From Bythopirellula sp. (lineage in GTDB: Bacteria > Planctomycetota > Planctomycetia > Pirellulales > Lacipirellulaceae): DNA of 64,000 bases. Under the pieces are notes generated by a model. It did not search any database. It was not told where the DNA came from and saw only the letters and a program-made list of their open reading frames with translations. The stretch spans positions 3,904,001 to 3,968,000 of the forward strand of contig OZ244170.1 of the NCBI GenBank assembly GCA_965216565.1, in the 5' to 3' direction. Positions 38,815 to 50,000 of the stretch are shown one piece after another. Numbering within the stretch: the stretch's first letter is position 1; each line of letters opens with the position of its first letter. A program made the position numbers and the translations under genes.

Positions 38815-39282
38815 GTGCCATCCAAGAGTGAATCACTTCCAATTGTTGGATGGCGCGAGTGGGTTTCACTGCCCGACCTCGGGATCAATCGCATTAAGGC
38901 AAAGGTCGACACGGGAGCACGTTCGTCCTCGCTCCATGCATTTGATATCGAGGAATTCCAAAGAGAGGACAAGCCTTGGGTTCGGTTCAAAGTTCAACCG
39001 GTGCAACGCAAGGACGACAGGGTAGTGATCGCTGAGGCCAGGGTGCTGGAGCATCGCTCGGTTCGCAGTTCCAGCGGCGAGTCTTCTACCCGCCCGGTGA
39101 TTCTGACCAATGTCGTATTGCTAAAAATGAAAATCGAAGTTGAATTAACCTTGGCAAATCGAGACGAGATGGGTTTCCGCATGTTGCTCGGTCGCGAGGC
39201 CGTCCGTGGACGCTTTTTGGTAGACTCAGGCCGGTCATACTACGGCGGCAGACGAAAGCTGAAGAAGAAACGAAAATCATAG
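38815..39282 (+). CDS. RimK-associated retropepsin-like protease (RimB-like, annotated as ATP-dependent Zn protease family)
   Basis: VGWREWV.LP, KAKVDTGARSSSLHA and LANRDEMGFRMLLGR. GTG 38815 follows AGGAG. Confidence 0.9.
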   Translation: MPSKSESLPIVGWREWVSLPDLGINRIKAKVDTGARSSSLHAFDIEEFQREDKPWVRFKVQPVQRKDDRVVIAEARVLEHRSVRSSSGESSTRPVILTNVVLLKMKIEVELTLANRDEMGFRMLLGREAVRGRFLVDSGRSYYGGRRKLKKKRKS

Positions 39283-39326
39283 AGCTGAGATTTCCCCTCA
39301 GCCGAACCGCTTATTAGAAGAGAGAA

Positions 39327-40571
39327 ATGAAACTCGCCATCCTATCGTGCAGCCCCAAATGCTATAGCACGCGTCGTTTACGCGAAGCGGCGGATCAGCG
39401 CGGTCATAAAGTGAAGGTGCTCAACACGCTAAACTTCGCCATCGATTTGCGTGAGGGCGATCCTGATTTGTTTTATCGGCAAAAGCTACTTTCGCATTAC
39501 GATGCGATCTTGCCGCGCATCGGTGCCTCGATCACCTATTATGGCACAGCCGTCGTTCGGCAATTCGAGCAGATGGATATTTTTTGCGCCAACTCCTCTT
39601 CGGGACTAACAAATTCCCGAGACAAACTTCGGAGTTTGCAAATCTTAAGTAAACACCATATCGGCATCCCGGAAACTACTTTTGTACGCGACAAAAAGGA
39701 CGTGTTGCCTGCGATCGAAAGAGTGGGCGGGGCTCCGGTGGTCATCAAGTTGATCGAAGGTACTCAAGGTATCGGTGTGTTGCTGGCTGAATCGGTAAAA
39801 TCAGCCGAGGCGATTATCGAATTGCTGCAAAGCCAAAAGCAGAGTGTGCTAATCCAAAAGTTTGTGGCTGAGAGCAAAGGACGCGACATCCGCGCCTTCG
39901 TAATCGGAGATCGCGTGGTCGCTGCCATGCGACGTGTGGCCCAGGGCCAGGAGTTTCGTAGCAATGTGCATCGGGGGGGTCGGACCGAACAGGTAGTGCT
40001 CGACACAACCTACTGCGAGACGGCTATTCGGGCTGCCCAAATCATGGGGCTGCGTATCGCAGGTGTCGATATGCTGGAAAGCTCGGAGGGTCCGCAAATT
40101 ATGGAAGTCAATTCCTCGCCAGGCTTGGAAGGAATTGAACGGTGTACTCAACTCGACATTGCAGGTGCGGTGATCGACTACATCGCCGCCCAGGTCGACT
40201 TTCCCGAAATCGATTTACGCCAACGGCTCACCGTCAGCCGTGGATACGGTGTGGCAGAGATTTTGGTGCCGGAGGGCTCCGAGTATGTCGACAAATCGAT
40301 CAGCGATTCGGGACTCCGTGAAAAAGACATCAATGCGCTAACTCTGTACCGCGGCGAAAAAACCATTCCCAACCCCCGCTCCGACCGTTTACTGGAACCG
40401 GGCGATCGCCTACTTTGCTTTGGTAAGCTAGAACGTATGCGAGATTTGATACCTGCCAAAACTCGCCGTAAGCGTAGGCCGAAGGTAAAGGATCTTCCCG
40501 ATTTGCCAGTGGCCGACGAGGTGCTTTCTGATGAACCTCAGTCCGCCGCAGCCAACAAAGCCGGATCTTAA
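39327..40571 (+). CDS. rimK: RimK family alpha-L-glutamate ligase fused to a C-terminal RCK_C/TrkA-C domain
   Basis: YSTRRLREAA, PRIGASIT.YG, SRDKLRSLQ, GTQGIGV, EFRSNVHRGG and EVNSSPGLEG, then ...GLREKDINALTLYRG...NP...LEPGDRLLCFG. Confidence 0.92.
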   Translation: MKLAILSCSPKCYSTRRLREAADQRGHKVKVLNTLNFAIDLREGDPDLFYRQKLLSHYDAILPRIGASITYYGTAVVRQFEQMDIFCANSSSGLTNSRDKLRSLQILSKHHIGIPETTFVRDKKDVLPAIERVGGAPVVIKLIEGTQGIGVLLAESVKSAEAIIELLQSQKQSVLIQKFVAESKGRDIRAFVIGDRVVAAMRRVAQGQEFRSNVHRGGRTEQVVLDTTYCETAIRAAQIMGLRIAGVDMLESSEGPQIMEVNSSPGLEGIERCTQLDIAGAVIDYIAAQVDFPEIDLRQRLTVSRGYGVAEILVPEGSEYVDKSISDSGLREKDINALTLYRGEKTIPNPRSDRLLEPGDRLLCFGKLERMRDLIPAKTRRKRRPKVKDLPDLPVADEVLSDEPQSAAANKAGS

Positions 40572-40575
40572 GTCG

Positions 40576-41676
40576 ATGACTTCCAGCGCAGAATCACGTC
40601 CACCGAGACCGATCCAGAATTGGGATGGTCAGGAAATCTTGCCGGGGGAATCTCGTGATGTGAAGTTAGGAGTTTCTGAAAGTTACAGCAGCATGACGGT
40701 GAAGATTCCCATTCACATCCGTCGTGCTGAGGACGATGGTCCGGTAGTGTTTGTCACAGCCGCCTTGCATGGTGACGAAATCAACGGTACCGGTGCCATC
40801 CGGGAATTGATTCAAGATGCAGATTTCCGATTAAAACGTGGAACGTTGGTGTTAGTTCCGGTGTTAAACATTTTGGGATTCGATCGCCACACACGTTATC
40901 TACCAGACCGCCGTGATCTCAACCGTTCCTTTCCCGGAGCGGTTGATGGGAGTCTGGCAAGCCGAATGGCCCATGCAATCTTTGAGAAAATCGTATTGCG
41001 CTGCGACTACGGGATCGATTTGCACACGGCCTCCGTGCGGCGAACCAACTATCCGAATGTGCGAGGCGATTTGACTGATCCTGAGGTTCGCCGCTTGGCC
41101 AAGGCTTTTGGTACCGAGATTGTGATCAATGGCAAGGGCCCTCAAGGCGCGTTTCGCCGCGAGGCTTGTCTGGCGGGTTGTCCCACGATTATTCTCGAAG
41201 GAGGAGAAGTCTGGAAAGTCGAGCCAGGAATAGTCGCCACTTCATTGCGCGGAATCAAAAACGTGCTCGCCAAGCTGGACATGATCGACAGAGTGCCGAC
41301 GCCGCCCCTATTTCAAGTTGTGATTGAAAAGACTAAATGGATTCGTGCCGAGCGCGGTGGATTCTTGCAGTTCCACGTCAAACCGGGAGACATTGTTGAA
41401 AAGGATCAGCCGTTGGCCACCAATACTACATTGTTGGGAAGAGAACACAGCATGTTACACGCCCCGTTTAATTCGATTGTGATCGGGATGACTACTCTAC
41501 CGGCGACCAGTCCTGGTGAGCCAGTGTGTCATCTCGGTCGCCTTCCCAAAGGGGTAGAACTTGCCGAACTCAATCGGAAGCGAGAGAAAGATCACGGTCT
41601 GGGCGAGCGCGTCCTGGAAGACTTGGCCTCGAACATCCATGTTGTGGAATCGACTGATGAGAAAGCTGAAAGTTAG
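40576..41676 (+). CDS. Succinylglutamate desuccinylase/aspartoacylase (M14) family hydrolase
   Basis: AALHGDEING, RDLNRSFPG, IDLHT and ILEGG, plus a C-terminal biotinyl/lipoyl-like domain. Confidence 0.92.
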   Translation: MTSSAESRPPRPIQNWDGQEILPGESRDVKLGVSESYSSMTVKIPIHIRRAEDDGPVVFVTAALHGDEINGTGAIRELIQDADFRLKRGTLVLVPVLNILGFDRHTRYLPDRRDLNRSFPGAVDGSLASRMAHAIFEKIVLRCDYGIDLHTASVRRTNYPNVRGDLTDPEVRRLAKAFGTEIVINGKGPQGAFRREACLAGCPTIILEGGEVWKVEPGIVATSLRGIKNVLAKLDMIDRVPTPPLFQVVIEKTKWIRAERGGFLQFHVKPGDIVEKDQPLATNTTLLGREHSMLHAPFNSIVIGMTTLPATSPGEPVCHLGRLPKGVELAELNRKREKDHGLGERVLEDLASNIHVVESTDEKAES

Positions 41677-41759
41677 TGCCAACCTTTGCGATGCTTCGCC
41701 AAGAAGAACGACATTGATATTGAGCAACACCCTCTGAGCTATTCTAGCGTCGTCTGTGG

Positions 41760-42416
41760 CTAGCCCTCGATCACCTCGATAATCCGTGTGGGCGACAACT
41801 CGCCCAAAACATCGACCACCAAGTCTGCCTGGGAAAGTTCTGCGCGAGTGGCGGTACCCACCAGGGCGATGCTCGTCATGCCGGCGTTGTTGGCCGCTTC
41901 GATTCCAGCGGGGGCATCTTCGATCACGGCGCAATAGCTGGGATCGATTTCTAGTTGCTGGGCGCCGAGCTGGAAAACTTGCGGGTCGGGCTTGCCGCGG
42001 GTGACGTCGACGCCCGTGACGATTGCCCCAAACTCTTTGACTCGCCCTAGAGATTCCAGGGTAAGCATCACATTGGCCGGCGGGCCTGAGGAACCAACCC
42101 CCAGTGCGAAGCCGGCTGTGGCGAGTGCGTCGACAAGCTCAGCAGCGCCGTCCACCGGAGGAAAGGCGTCGCGAATGATGTCGCGATAGAGGGCCTCCTT
42201 GCGATCGTCGAGCCGCTGAATTTCGTCTGCAGAAAGATCGCTTTTGTAGAGTTCTGCAATGATATCGGCGCTGGTGCGACCAAACGTAGCACGGAATTCA
42301 GCTTCGGTGAATTCGACGCCCTGCTCACTCAGCATAGCCTGCCAACTTTGGAAGTGTGCTTGATAAGAATCGATCAGCACGCCATCAACATCAAAGAGAA
42401 CTGCTTTCTTAGTCAA
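41760..42416 (-). CDS. HAD family phosphatase (beta-phosphoglucomutase-like)
   Basis: FDVDGVLIDS, SS, GKPDP and IEDAPAG; overlaps the actP stop. Confidence 0.92.
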   Translation of the reverse strand: MTKKAVLFDVDGVLIDSYQAHFQSWQAMLSEQGVEFTEAEFRATFGRTSADIIAELYKSDLSADEIQRLDDRKEALYRDIIRDAFPPVDGAAELVDALATAGFALGVGSSGPPANVMLTLESLGRVKEFGAIVTGVDVTRGKPDPQVFQLGAQQLEIDPSYCAVIEDAPAGIEAANNAGMTSIALVGTATRAELSQADLVVDVLGELSPTRIIEVIEG

Positions 42417-44146
42417 CTTGCCTGCTCATTTCTTGTCAGTAATGACACGATCACTAAGGTTGCGAAGCCTAGCGGAATGGTAACGATACCTGGTTGGCTG
42501 AAGGGCACGAAGGCATCTTCAGCCGACAGGCCATAGACCTTCGAGAAGGTATCGCCGCTTAAAAGAATCCAAGCCAAGGAGCTGACCATGCCTACGACAA
42601 TTGCGGCAATGATCCCCTGCTTGGTCGTCCCCTTCCAAAATAGGAGCATCACCAGTGCCGGCAAATTGGCCGAGGCTGCCACGCTAAAGGCCCATCCAAC
42701 CAGATAGCCGACATTGAGTTCTTGAAACAGAATTCCCAGGACGATTGCTAACAAGCCAATCACTACCGAGGCAATTTTGGCGAGGCGCACCTGCTCGTGA
42801 TCGGTCAGTGGTTCGTTGCTGATCATCGCCACCAAGTCATGCGCGACCGCACCGGCGGAAGCTAGAATTAACCCGCTCACTGTGCCGAGCACGGTTGTGA
42901 AGGCAATTGCCGAGATGATGGCGAACATCCACTCGCCAATGCTACGTGCCAAGAGCGGTGCGGCCATGTTGGTGTCGGTGACGTCCATCGCACCGCTGGT
43001 CATTGCACCCAGCCCCATATACAGCGTGAGGACATAGAAGAATCCGATGCAGCCAATGCCGACGATCGTGCTCATGCGCGCGGCGTGTTCATCTTTGACG
43101 GTGTAATAGCGAATTAAAATGTGTGGCAGCGAGGCAGTCCCGCAAAATAGGGCCAACATCAGCGATAAAAAGTTCAGCTTTTCAGAAAACACATCGCCGC
43201 GAATCCCCTTGAATTTGGGATGTTCCCCGGGCCGTAGCACTTGGCTACCCGGGGTTGGCTTGGGGGTGTAGGTGGTGGTGACCGTGCCATCGGTGGCGGT
43301 AGATTTCTCTGAACTCCACAGGATGACTTCGCTCTCTTGCAAAATGCGAAAGAACTCCAGCGGTCCCACGGGACCCGTTTTTTGAACACCTCCCGGCAAT
43401 TTGCTAATGTGTCCCACCGGCGGAAGCGTGGCCTGCCCTTCTTCAGTTCCTCGCGGTACCCCGTTGATAAGTGTCTGTCCGTCAGGAGTCTTCGTGACGG
43501 TGATTGGCCCTAGCGGTTTGTCTTGGACTTCGAACCCTCGCTGGAGAATCATAACGGTTAGCACACCGCTAAAAAGTACGAGCAGAGATCCTTTGAGGAA
43601 TTGCACCCAAGTGGTGGAGACCATGCCGGCAGTCACGACGATAGTGATCACCACGGCACCAACGATGGCGACACCCGCCCAATGTGGCAATCCCAAGAGT
43701 GGTTGCACGAGCACGCCTGCTCCCACCATTTGCGGGATGAGGTAGAACACGCTGACGGCCAAGGTGCTAATGCCCGCGGCAACTTTGATGCCAGGCGAAT
43801 CGAACGTGGAGTTAAGCGCATCGGCAAACGTGAATTTTCCGAGCCGTTTCATAGGCTCAGCGACAACGAACAGGGCCACCACCCAACCGGCCAGAAAACC
43901 AATGGAGTACAAAAATCCGTCGTAGCCGAAGAAGGCGATCATGCCGCAGATGCCCAGGAACGACGCGGCCGAGAGGTAATCGCCGGCGAATGCCACGCCG
44001 TTGACGAACCAAGGGATTTCTCCGTGGGCTGCAAAGTAGCCGGCGGACGACTTTGCCTTGCGACCGAGATAAAAACTCAGGCCGAGGGTTATACCAACGA
44101 ACAAACAGAAGATGACAATCGCCTGAGGCGACGCGGAATGGATCAC
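42413..44146 (-). CDS. actP: Cation/monocarboxylate symporter, ActP-like sodium:solute symporter
   Basis: NGVAFAGDYLSAASFLG, YLIPQMVGAG, GTASLPHILIRYYTV and AFSVAASANLP. The GTG start overlaps the DUF485 stop. Confidence 0.88.
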   Translation of the reverse strand: MIHSASPQAIVIFCLFVGITLGLSFYLGRKAKSSAGYFAAHGEIPWFVNGVAFAGDYLSAASFLGICGMIAFFGYDGFLYSIGFLAGWVVALFVVAEPMKRLGKFTFADALNSTFDSPGIKVAAGISTLAVSVFYLIPQMVGAGVLVQPLLGLPHWAGVAIVGAVVITIVVTAGMVSTTWVQFLKGSLLVLFSGVLTVMILQRGFEVQDKPLGPITVTKTPDGQTLINGVPRGTEEGQATLPPVGHISKLPGGVQKTGPVGPLEFFRILQESEVILWSSEKSTATDGTVTTTYTPKPTPGSQVLRPGEHPKFKGIRGDVFSEKLNFLSLMLALFCGTASLPHILIRYYTVKDEHAARMSTIVGIGCIGFFYVLTLYMGLGAMTSGAMDVTDTNMAAPLLARSIGEWMFAIISAIAFTTVLGTVSGLILASAGAVAHDLVAMISNEPLTDHEQVRLAKIASVVIGLLAIVLGILFQELNVGYLVGWAFSVAASANLPALVMLLFWKGTTKQGIIAAIVVGMVSSLAWILLSGDTFSKVYGLSAEDAFVPFSQPGIVTIPLGFATLVIVSLLTRNEQAS

Positions 44147-44385
44147 GAGTGGTCCTCCGTCTTTTCGGATCTCGGACCGGGATCGCACATCTTTCCGTAA
44201 ATCAACGCTAGTACAAATGCTGCCACAATGAGGGCAAAGCCGTAGATGATGGCGAGATTGATTCCCTCCAGCGGCATCTTCTCCATGGCGTCTGGCGAAA
44301 ATGCACTCAAGCCGACAAAACCACCATATAGCAGCAAGTAGAACAGGAAGAACTTCAGGCCGAGACGCGAGTTACTAGATTTCAT
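44143..44385 (-). CDS. DUF485 (YjcH-like) small membrane subunit
   Basis: Two TM helices (NSRLGL.FF..Y...Y.GF and GINLAIIYGF) directly upstream of actP. Confidence 0.85.
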   Translation of the reverse strand: MKSSNSRLGLKFFLFYLLLYGGFVGLSAFSPDAMEKMPLEGINLAIIYGFALIVAAFVLALIYGKMCDPGPRSEKTEDHS

Positions 44386-44486
44386 CTTTGCAAGGACCCG
44401 AGGAGTGCGAGAAAAGTCAGGTCCTAGGATAACCCGCGGCAAAGCGGATTGAAAGTGCGGCTCAGTAATCAGGAATAGATCGAATG

Positions 44487-45104
44487 CTAGTTCCCTGGGA
44501 ACGAGTATTGGTTGTAAAGTTTCGTGAGTTGCGGCTGATGTTCCTTGGGTATGGTGATGGTGACCCCAGGCCAAAGGTATTTTAGGACGAACTCGTTCTT
44601 TGGTTGCCACCGGGGATTCCAAAGTTCGATTGCCTCCACGGTACCCTCTTCACTGCGTAGCACTTCCAGATAGTCCCACCCTCGGAACATGCAGTGATAG
44701 ATAATTCCTGCTGACGAAACGCTGAGAGTATTGAACAAAAAGACCAGGCAAATGCTGACGAGGATGGGAATTGAAGCACCCGTGAAGGCGGCCACACCGG
44801 TGGGGTGTCGGTCAAAATAGATTGCAGCAATGCCGAAGGCGACTATGACTAATAGCTGCTGGAGGAGTGCTTTCCAAGGAATCGGCGGGACGAACGATAC
44901 CACAATCGGGCCTGCCTTGCCGCGAGACCAGCGAAGTCCCAAGAACGAAAACGCGAGCGTGGACATCACAAAGGTAACGGCAAAGAGAAGCAGTCCCCGT
45001 TTGTATTGCGGACTAACGTCGAGTTGCAACACCTGGCTGGCGGTCGTCAGATAAACGCCCAGCATGAGCATCAGCAACAGCATGTCTCGCAGGCGAAAGC
45101 GCAT
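44487..45104 (-). CDS. Hypothetical membrane protein (planctomycete MRFRLRD-type N-terminus)
   Basis: MRFRLRDMLLLML, four TM segments and a soluble C-terminal domain. Confidence 0.7.
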   Translation of the reverse strand: MRFRLRDMLLLMLMLGVYLTTASQVLQLDVSPQYKRGLLLFAVTFVMSTLAFSFLGLRWSRGKAGPIVVSFVPPIPWKALLQQLLVIVAFGIAAIYFDRHPTGVAAFTGASIPILVSICLVFLFNTLSVSSAGIIYHCMFRGWDYLEVLRSEEGTVEAIELWNPRWQPKNEFVLKYLWPGVTITIPKEHQPQLTKLYNQYSFPGN

Positions 45105-45122
45105 AAGATTCTGCCCAAACGG

Positions 45123-45194
45123 GACCACGAATGTAGCGGATTCAACGAATGACAAGGATCGATCTCATTCGCGATATTCGACTAGTTCGTGGTC
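45123..45194. repeat. Imperfect 30-bp inverted repeat with 9-bp periodicity downstream of gltD
   Basis: GACCACGAATGTAGCGGATTCAACGAATGA versus the reverse complement of 45165-45194, GACCACGAACTAGTCGAATATCGCGAATGA (20/30). Confidence 0.65.
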
Positions 45195-45199
45195 AACCT

Positions 45200-46840
45200 T
45201 CACACCAGTTGTTGTGGCAGGTTGAGCCCTGGGGCGGCAAGGGTGCTGTCGGTGCCGGTGAGGAATTCGTCGATAGCTCGTGCTGCCCCACGGCCTTCGT
45301 TAATCGCCCACACCACCAGGCTTTGACCGCGTCGGCAATCGCCTGCAGCGAATACGCCTTCGAGGTTGGTAGCAAAATCGCCGTGCTTGGCGGCAAAGGT
45401 TTTCCAATTGCCGCGTGGGTTTTGGGTGTCTAGCCCCAGCATCTCGCCGACGGTGAGTTCTGGCCCGACAAAGCCGGTAGCTAAGAACACTAAGTCGGCA
45501 GGCCAAACTTTTTCGCTTCCAACTACCTCTGAGAAGGGTGCCTTCTCGCCTGGCTTCGACCAATCGACGGTGACAGTCTTCACGCCGCTGACACGACCAT
45601 TGCCGTCGTCCACAAATTCCTTGGTCATCACGTTAAACTGTCGGGGATCGTCGCCCAGCTTGGCGGCAGTTTCGGCGTGTGAATAGTCTACGCGATAAAT
45701 TCGCGGCCATTGCGGCCAGGGATTGTTCGCGGCCCGTTGTTCCGGTGGGACATCCAGCAATTCGAAATTGACGATACTGTTGGCACCGTGCCGAAGCGAC
45801 GTACCGATGCAGTCGGCTCCCGTATCGCCACCACCGATGACAATTACATTCTTTCCGGCAGCGGAGAGATACTCGCCATCGGGGCTGGGGGCATCAAGCA
45901 CGGAACCGGGCACTAGGCGATGGGGTGCACCGTTCGACTTAGTCGCGATTGTCTCGTCCAACAATGCCTTCGTATTACGGGTAAGAAAGTCCATGGCTAG
46001 ATGAATGCCATCGAGTTCCCGACCGGGGCAGCCTCCGGTGGGATCAAACGGTTTTGTCGCACCAGTGGCCATGAGCAAGGCGTCGAAGTTTTCGAGCAAT
46101 TCCTTGGGATCGATAAACTCCATCTTGCAGCCCCGCTCCATCATGATTTGAGTCATGTGCCCGGGCTGGAAATCTTCTTCCAGTCCCACGTGGGCACAAG
46201 TGACGAACTCGATCCCCTCCTTCTTCAGCAGATTTATACGACGTTCTACGACCCCCTTGTCGAGCTTCATATTGGGAATCCCGTACATCAGTAGTCCACC
46301 GATGCGGTCGGCCCGTTCGTAAACAGTTACCGAATGGCCAGCCTTATTGAGCTGTGCAGCGGCTGCGAGCCCAGCAGGCCCACTGCCGACAACGGCCACC
46401 TTTTTGCCGGTGCGGTGCGACGGCGGCTGCGCAGTCACCCATCCTTCGGCAAACCCGCGGTCGATAATTGCGTTCTCGATATTCTTAATCGTCACGGCAG
46501 GATCGATGATTCCCAGCACGCAGGCCCCTTCGCACGGTGCAGGACAGGCTCGGCCGGTGAACTCGGGGAAATTGTTGGTCTTATGAAGCCGATCCAGCGC
46601 TTCCTGCCAGCGACCGTGGTAGACCAAGTCGTTCCACTCTGGAATCAAATTGTCGATGGGACAACCCGTATCCGACTGGCAGAATGGCACCCCGCAATCC
46701 ATGCATCGCGCACCCTGGGTGCGAAGATGCTCCTCGGCTGGTTCCGTGTAAATCTCTAGAAAATCGCCAGCCCGCGCAAGCGGATCCCGATAGGGTACAA
46801 CTTCACGAGAGAATTCTTTAAATCCGGTAGGTTTGCCCAT
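45200..46840 (-). CDS. gltD: Glutamate synthase small subunit
   Basis: [41 protein letters not shown] and [14 protein letters not shown]. Confidence 0.97.
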   Translation of the reverse strand: MGKPTGFKEFSREVVPYRDPLARAGDFLEIYTEPAEEHLRTQGARCMDCGVPFCQSDTGCPIDNLIPEWNDLVYHGRWQEALDRLHKTNNFPEFTGRACPAPCEGACVLGIIDPAVTIKNIENAIIDRGFAEGWVTAQPPSHRTGKKVAVVGSGPAGLAAAAQLNKAGHSVTVYERADRIGGLLMYGIPNMKLDKGVVERRINLLKKEGIEFVTCAHVGLEEDFQPGHMTQIMMERGCKMEFIDPKELLENFDALLMATGATKPFDPTGGCPGRELDGIHLAMDFLTRNTKALLDETIATKSNGAPHRLVPGSVLDAPSPDGEYLSAAGKNVIVIGGGDTGADCIGTSLRHGANSIVNFELLDVPPEQRAANNPWPQWPRIYRVDYSHAETAAKLGDDPRQFNVMTKEFVDDGNGRVSGVKTVTVDWSKPGEKAPFSEVVGSEKVWPADLVFLATGFVGPELTVGEMLGLDTQNPRGNWKTFAAKHGDFATNLEGVFAAGDCRRGQSLVVWAINEGRGAARAIDEFLTGTDSTLAAPGLNLPQQLV

Positions 46841-46882
46841 GGTACGTCAGTTGTTAGTAGTTAATGGTCATTTGGATTGTTA

Positions 46883-46982
46883 AACCAAGAAGGCACGGAG
46901 AGCACTAAGGTACGCATTGTGTGAACATTCGTAACTATTTGTGGCTGTGGTTGCTCTCCGTCTTCTTTGTGTCTTTGTGATT
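46883..46982. repeat. Imperfect 27-bp inverted repeat with 9-bp periodicity between gltB and gltD
   Basis: AACCAAGAAGGCACGGAGAGCACTAAG versus the reverse complement of 46956-46982, AATCACAAAGACACAAAGAAGACGGAG (17/27). Confidence 0.6.
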
Positions 46983-47006
46983 ATTCTTTGCATCTTGGCG
47001 AGTGTA

Positions 47007-50000
47007 TTAAACAACCGCAGGCTCTTCCGCTTGCGATTGTCTTTCCATCAAAACGCGTTTGTAGTCGGTGGGCATCACTTTGACAAATTGCGGGAGTGTT
47101 TCATCCCAACGGTCCAGTATGTCTGCCGCGACGGTCGATTGCGTGTAGTTCTGATGCAACTCGATTAGTTCGCGTAGTTCGGCAAGATCTTCGCCGTCGA
47201 CTACTTTCTCCAACTCGACCATGCCGAGATTGCAACGGGTTGCCAAGGCGTCTTTCGGGTCCCAGATATAGGCCACCCCGCCGCTCATTCCCGCGGCAAA
47301 GTTGCGACCCGTTGGGCCGAGTATCACGACGCGCCCCCCGGTCATGTATTCGCAACCATGGTCGCCAACCCCTTCGATTACGGCTTGAGCGCCGCTATTG
47401 CGGACGGCGAATCGTTCTGCTGCGCGACCCCGATAGAAAGCCTGACCCCCGGTCGCTCCGTACAGACAGACGTTGCCGACGATAATATTGTCTTCGGCGG
47501 CAAAGCTAGAATTCTTCGGCGGGTAGATAATGATCTTGCCCCCAGAGAGTCCTTTGCCGATGTAGTCGTTGGCGTCGCCTTCCAGTTCTAGAGTCACGCC
47601 CTTGGACAAGAACGCGCCAAAGCTCTGCCCGGCTGAACCGTTGAATTTGAAATGGATAGTGTCGTCGGGGAGGCCCTGCTGACCCCATTTCTTGGCAATC
47701 TCGTTGGAGAGGATCGTACCCACGGTGCGATTGATATTCACAATCGGCAGTTCGGCGCGAACTTTGTCTCCGTTTTCCAAAGCTGGTTTGGCGAGATCCA
47801 ATAGCTTGGTAATGTCCAGTGACTTATCGAGTCCGTGATCTTGGCCTTGAGTACAGTAGGTGCCGACATCCTCGTGAGGAAGTTCGACAGGAGTTAGTAA
47901 GCTGGTAAGGTCTAGCCCGTCGGCCTTCCAGTGCTTGATCGCATCGTCGGTCTCCAGGCAGTCGACTCGTCCCACCATTTCGTCGATCGTGCGGAACCCG
48001 AGTTCCGCCATCAAGGTGCGGGCCTCTTCGGCGACCATGAACAGGTAGTTGACGACGTGCTCCGGTTTTCCGTTGAATTTCTTTCGCAGTTCAGGGTCTT
48101 GCGTGGCGATGCCGACCGGGCAAGTGTTCAGGTGGCACTTACGCATCATGATACATCCAAGGGTAATCAGCGGTGCCGTGGAGAAACCGAACTCTTCGGC
48201 ACCTAGCAAAGCGGCGATGACCACGTCGCGGCCAGTTTTCAGCCCGCCATCGGTCTGCAGTACTACGCGGCTTCGCAAATCATTGAGCACTAGTGTCTGG
48301 TGTGTTTCGGCAATGCCCAGTTCCCACGGCAATCCGGCGTGTTTGATGCTAGTTAGTGGAGACGCACCTGTGCCACCGCCATCGCCTGAGATGAGGATGT
48401 GGTCGGCAAAGCCTTTTGCCACGCCTGCAGCGATGGTGCCAACACCCACTTCGGAAACTAACTTCACGCTTACTCGCGATTCGCGGTTCGCATTTTTCAA
48501 ATCGTGGATTAGTTGTTTTAGATCCTCAATGGAGTAAATGTCGTGATGCGGCGGCGGGCTGATGAGCCCCACACCCGGCGTCGAATAACGTATTCGCGCG
48601 ATCGTGTCATCCACTTTGCGACCGGGCAGTTCGCCGCCCTCCCCTGGCTTAGCGCCCTGGGAGATCTTGATTTGCAACTCGTCGGCATTGGTTAGATAGT
48701 TGATCGTGACACCAAAACGCCCAGAGGCTACCTGCTTAATGGCCGATCGCTTGGAGTCTCCATTTTCGAGTGGTTCAAACCGCACGGGGTCTTCGCCACC
48801 CTCGCCGGTGTTGCTCTTACCACCCATGCGATTCATGGCGATGGCTAACGATTCGTGTGCCTCGGCTGAGATCGAACCGAACGACATTGCCCCCGTGCAG
48901 AATCGCTTGACGATTTCCGTGGCACTTTGGACTTCTTCAATGGGAATACTGCCGCCGTTGCTGCCGGGCTTCAATTTCAAAAGTCCCCGCAGTTGGCAGC
49001 GTGTCCGTGCGTCGTGGTTAATGTGTTCGGCAAATCTTTGATAAGCATCTTTGTCACCCGATCGGGCGGCAACTTGGATATCAGTGATCGATTTGGGATC
49101 CCACATGTGGCGTTCGCCTTCGGCACGCCAATGAAATTCACCCGGGTTGGGGAGTACCGGCAGACGGACTGCTTCTTGTCGCGGATAGCCGAGCGCGTGG
49201 CGGCGCATTGCTTCTTGAGCAAGAACATCGAAGTTCACGCCTTGAATACGGCTGGCAGTTCCCACGAAGCAGCGATCAATGACTTCGTCGCGGAGGCCCA
49301 CTGCCTCGAAGATTTGGGCACCCTTATAACTTTGCAACGTGGAGATGCCAATTTTGGCCATTACTTTGAGCATGCCTTTAGCGACGCCCTTACGGTACTT
49401 GGCCACTAGATCGTGGTCTTCTTTGGTAACGGGATCGTAGATTTCGCCATCGGCCACGGCTTCTACTGCGGGATGGGCGTCCCCTTCGCCACTCTCAGCG
49501 TCGGAAAGTGCCGGTTCGCCACTGCCTAGCAGGCCTTCTCGGCGTGCTTGCCACAACGACTCGAATGCCAGGTAAGGATTGATGGCATCGGCCCCGTAAC
49601 CGACAAGGAGGCAGTGATGATGTACTTCGCGGGCTTCGCCGGTCTCGACGACAAGTGCAACGCGAGTCCGCTTTGATTGCTTGACTAAATGATGGTGCAC
49701 AGCCCCCACTGCCAACAAAGCTGGAATTGGAACGCGGCCTTCGCGAACTTCACGATCAGAAAGCAATAGCGTGGTTTCGCCAGCATCGACAGCTTGTTCG
49801 GCCTCTAGGCACACTCGGTCGAGCGCTTTGACCATTCCTTCCGCACCGTGACTGCGTGGCCAGGTGATGTCCAGCGTCTCGGTGCTCCAGCCGGGCTGGG
49901 TCATGTGACGGATGGCAGCAAGCTGTTCGTTCGACAGAATCGGATGAGGAACCCGCAGCCGATGTGCGTGTTCTTCGGTGGTTTCCAACAGGTTGCGTTC

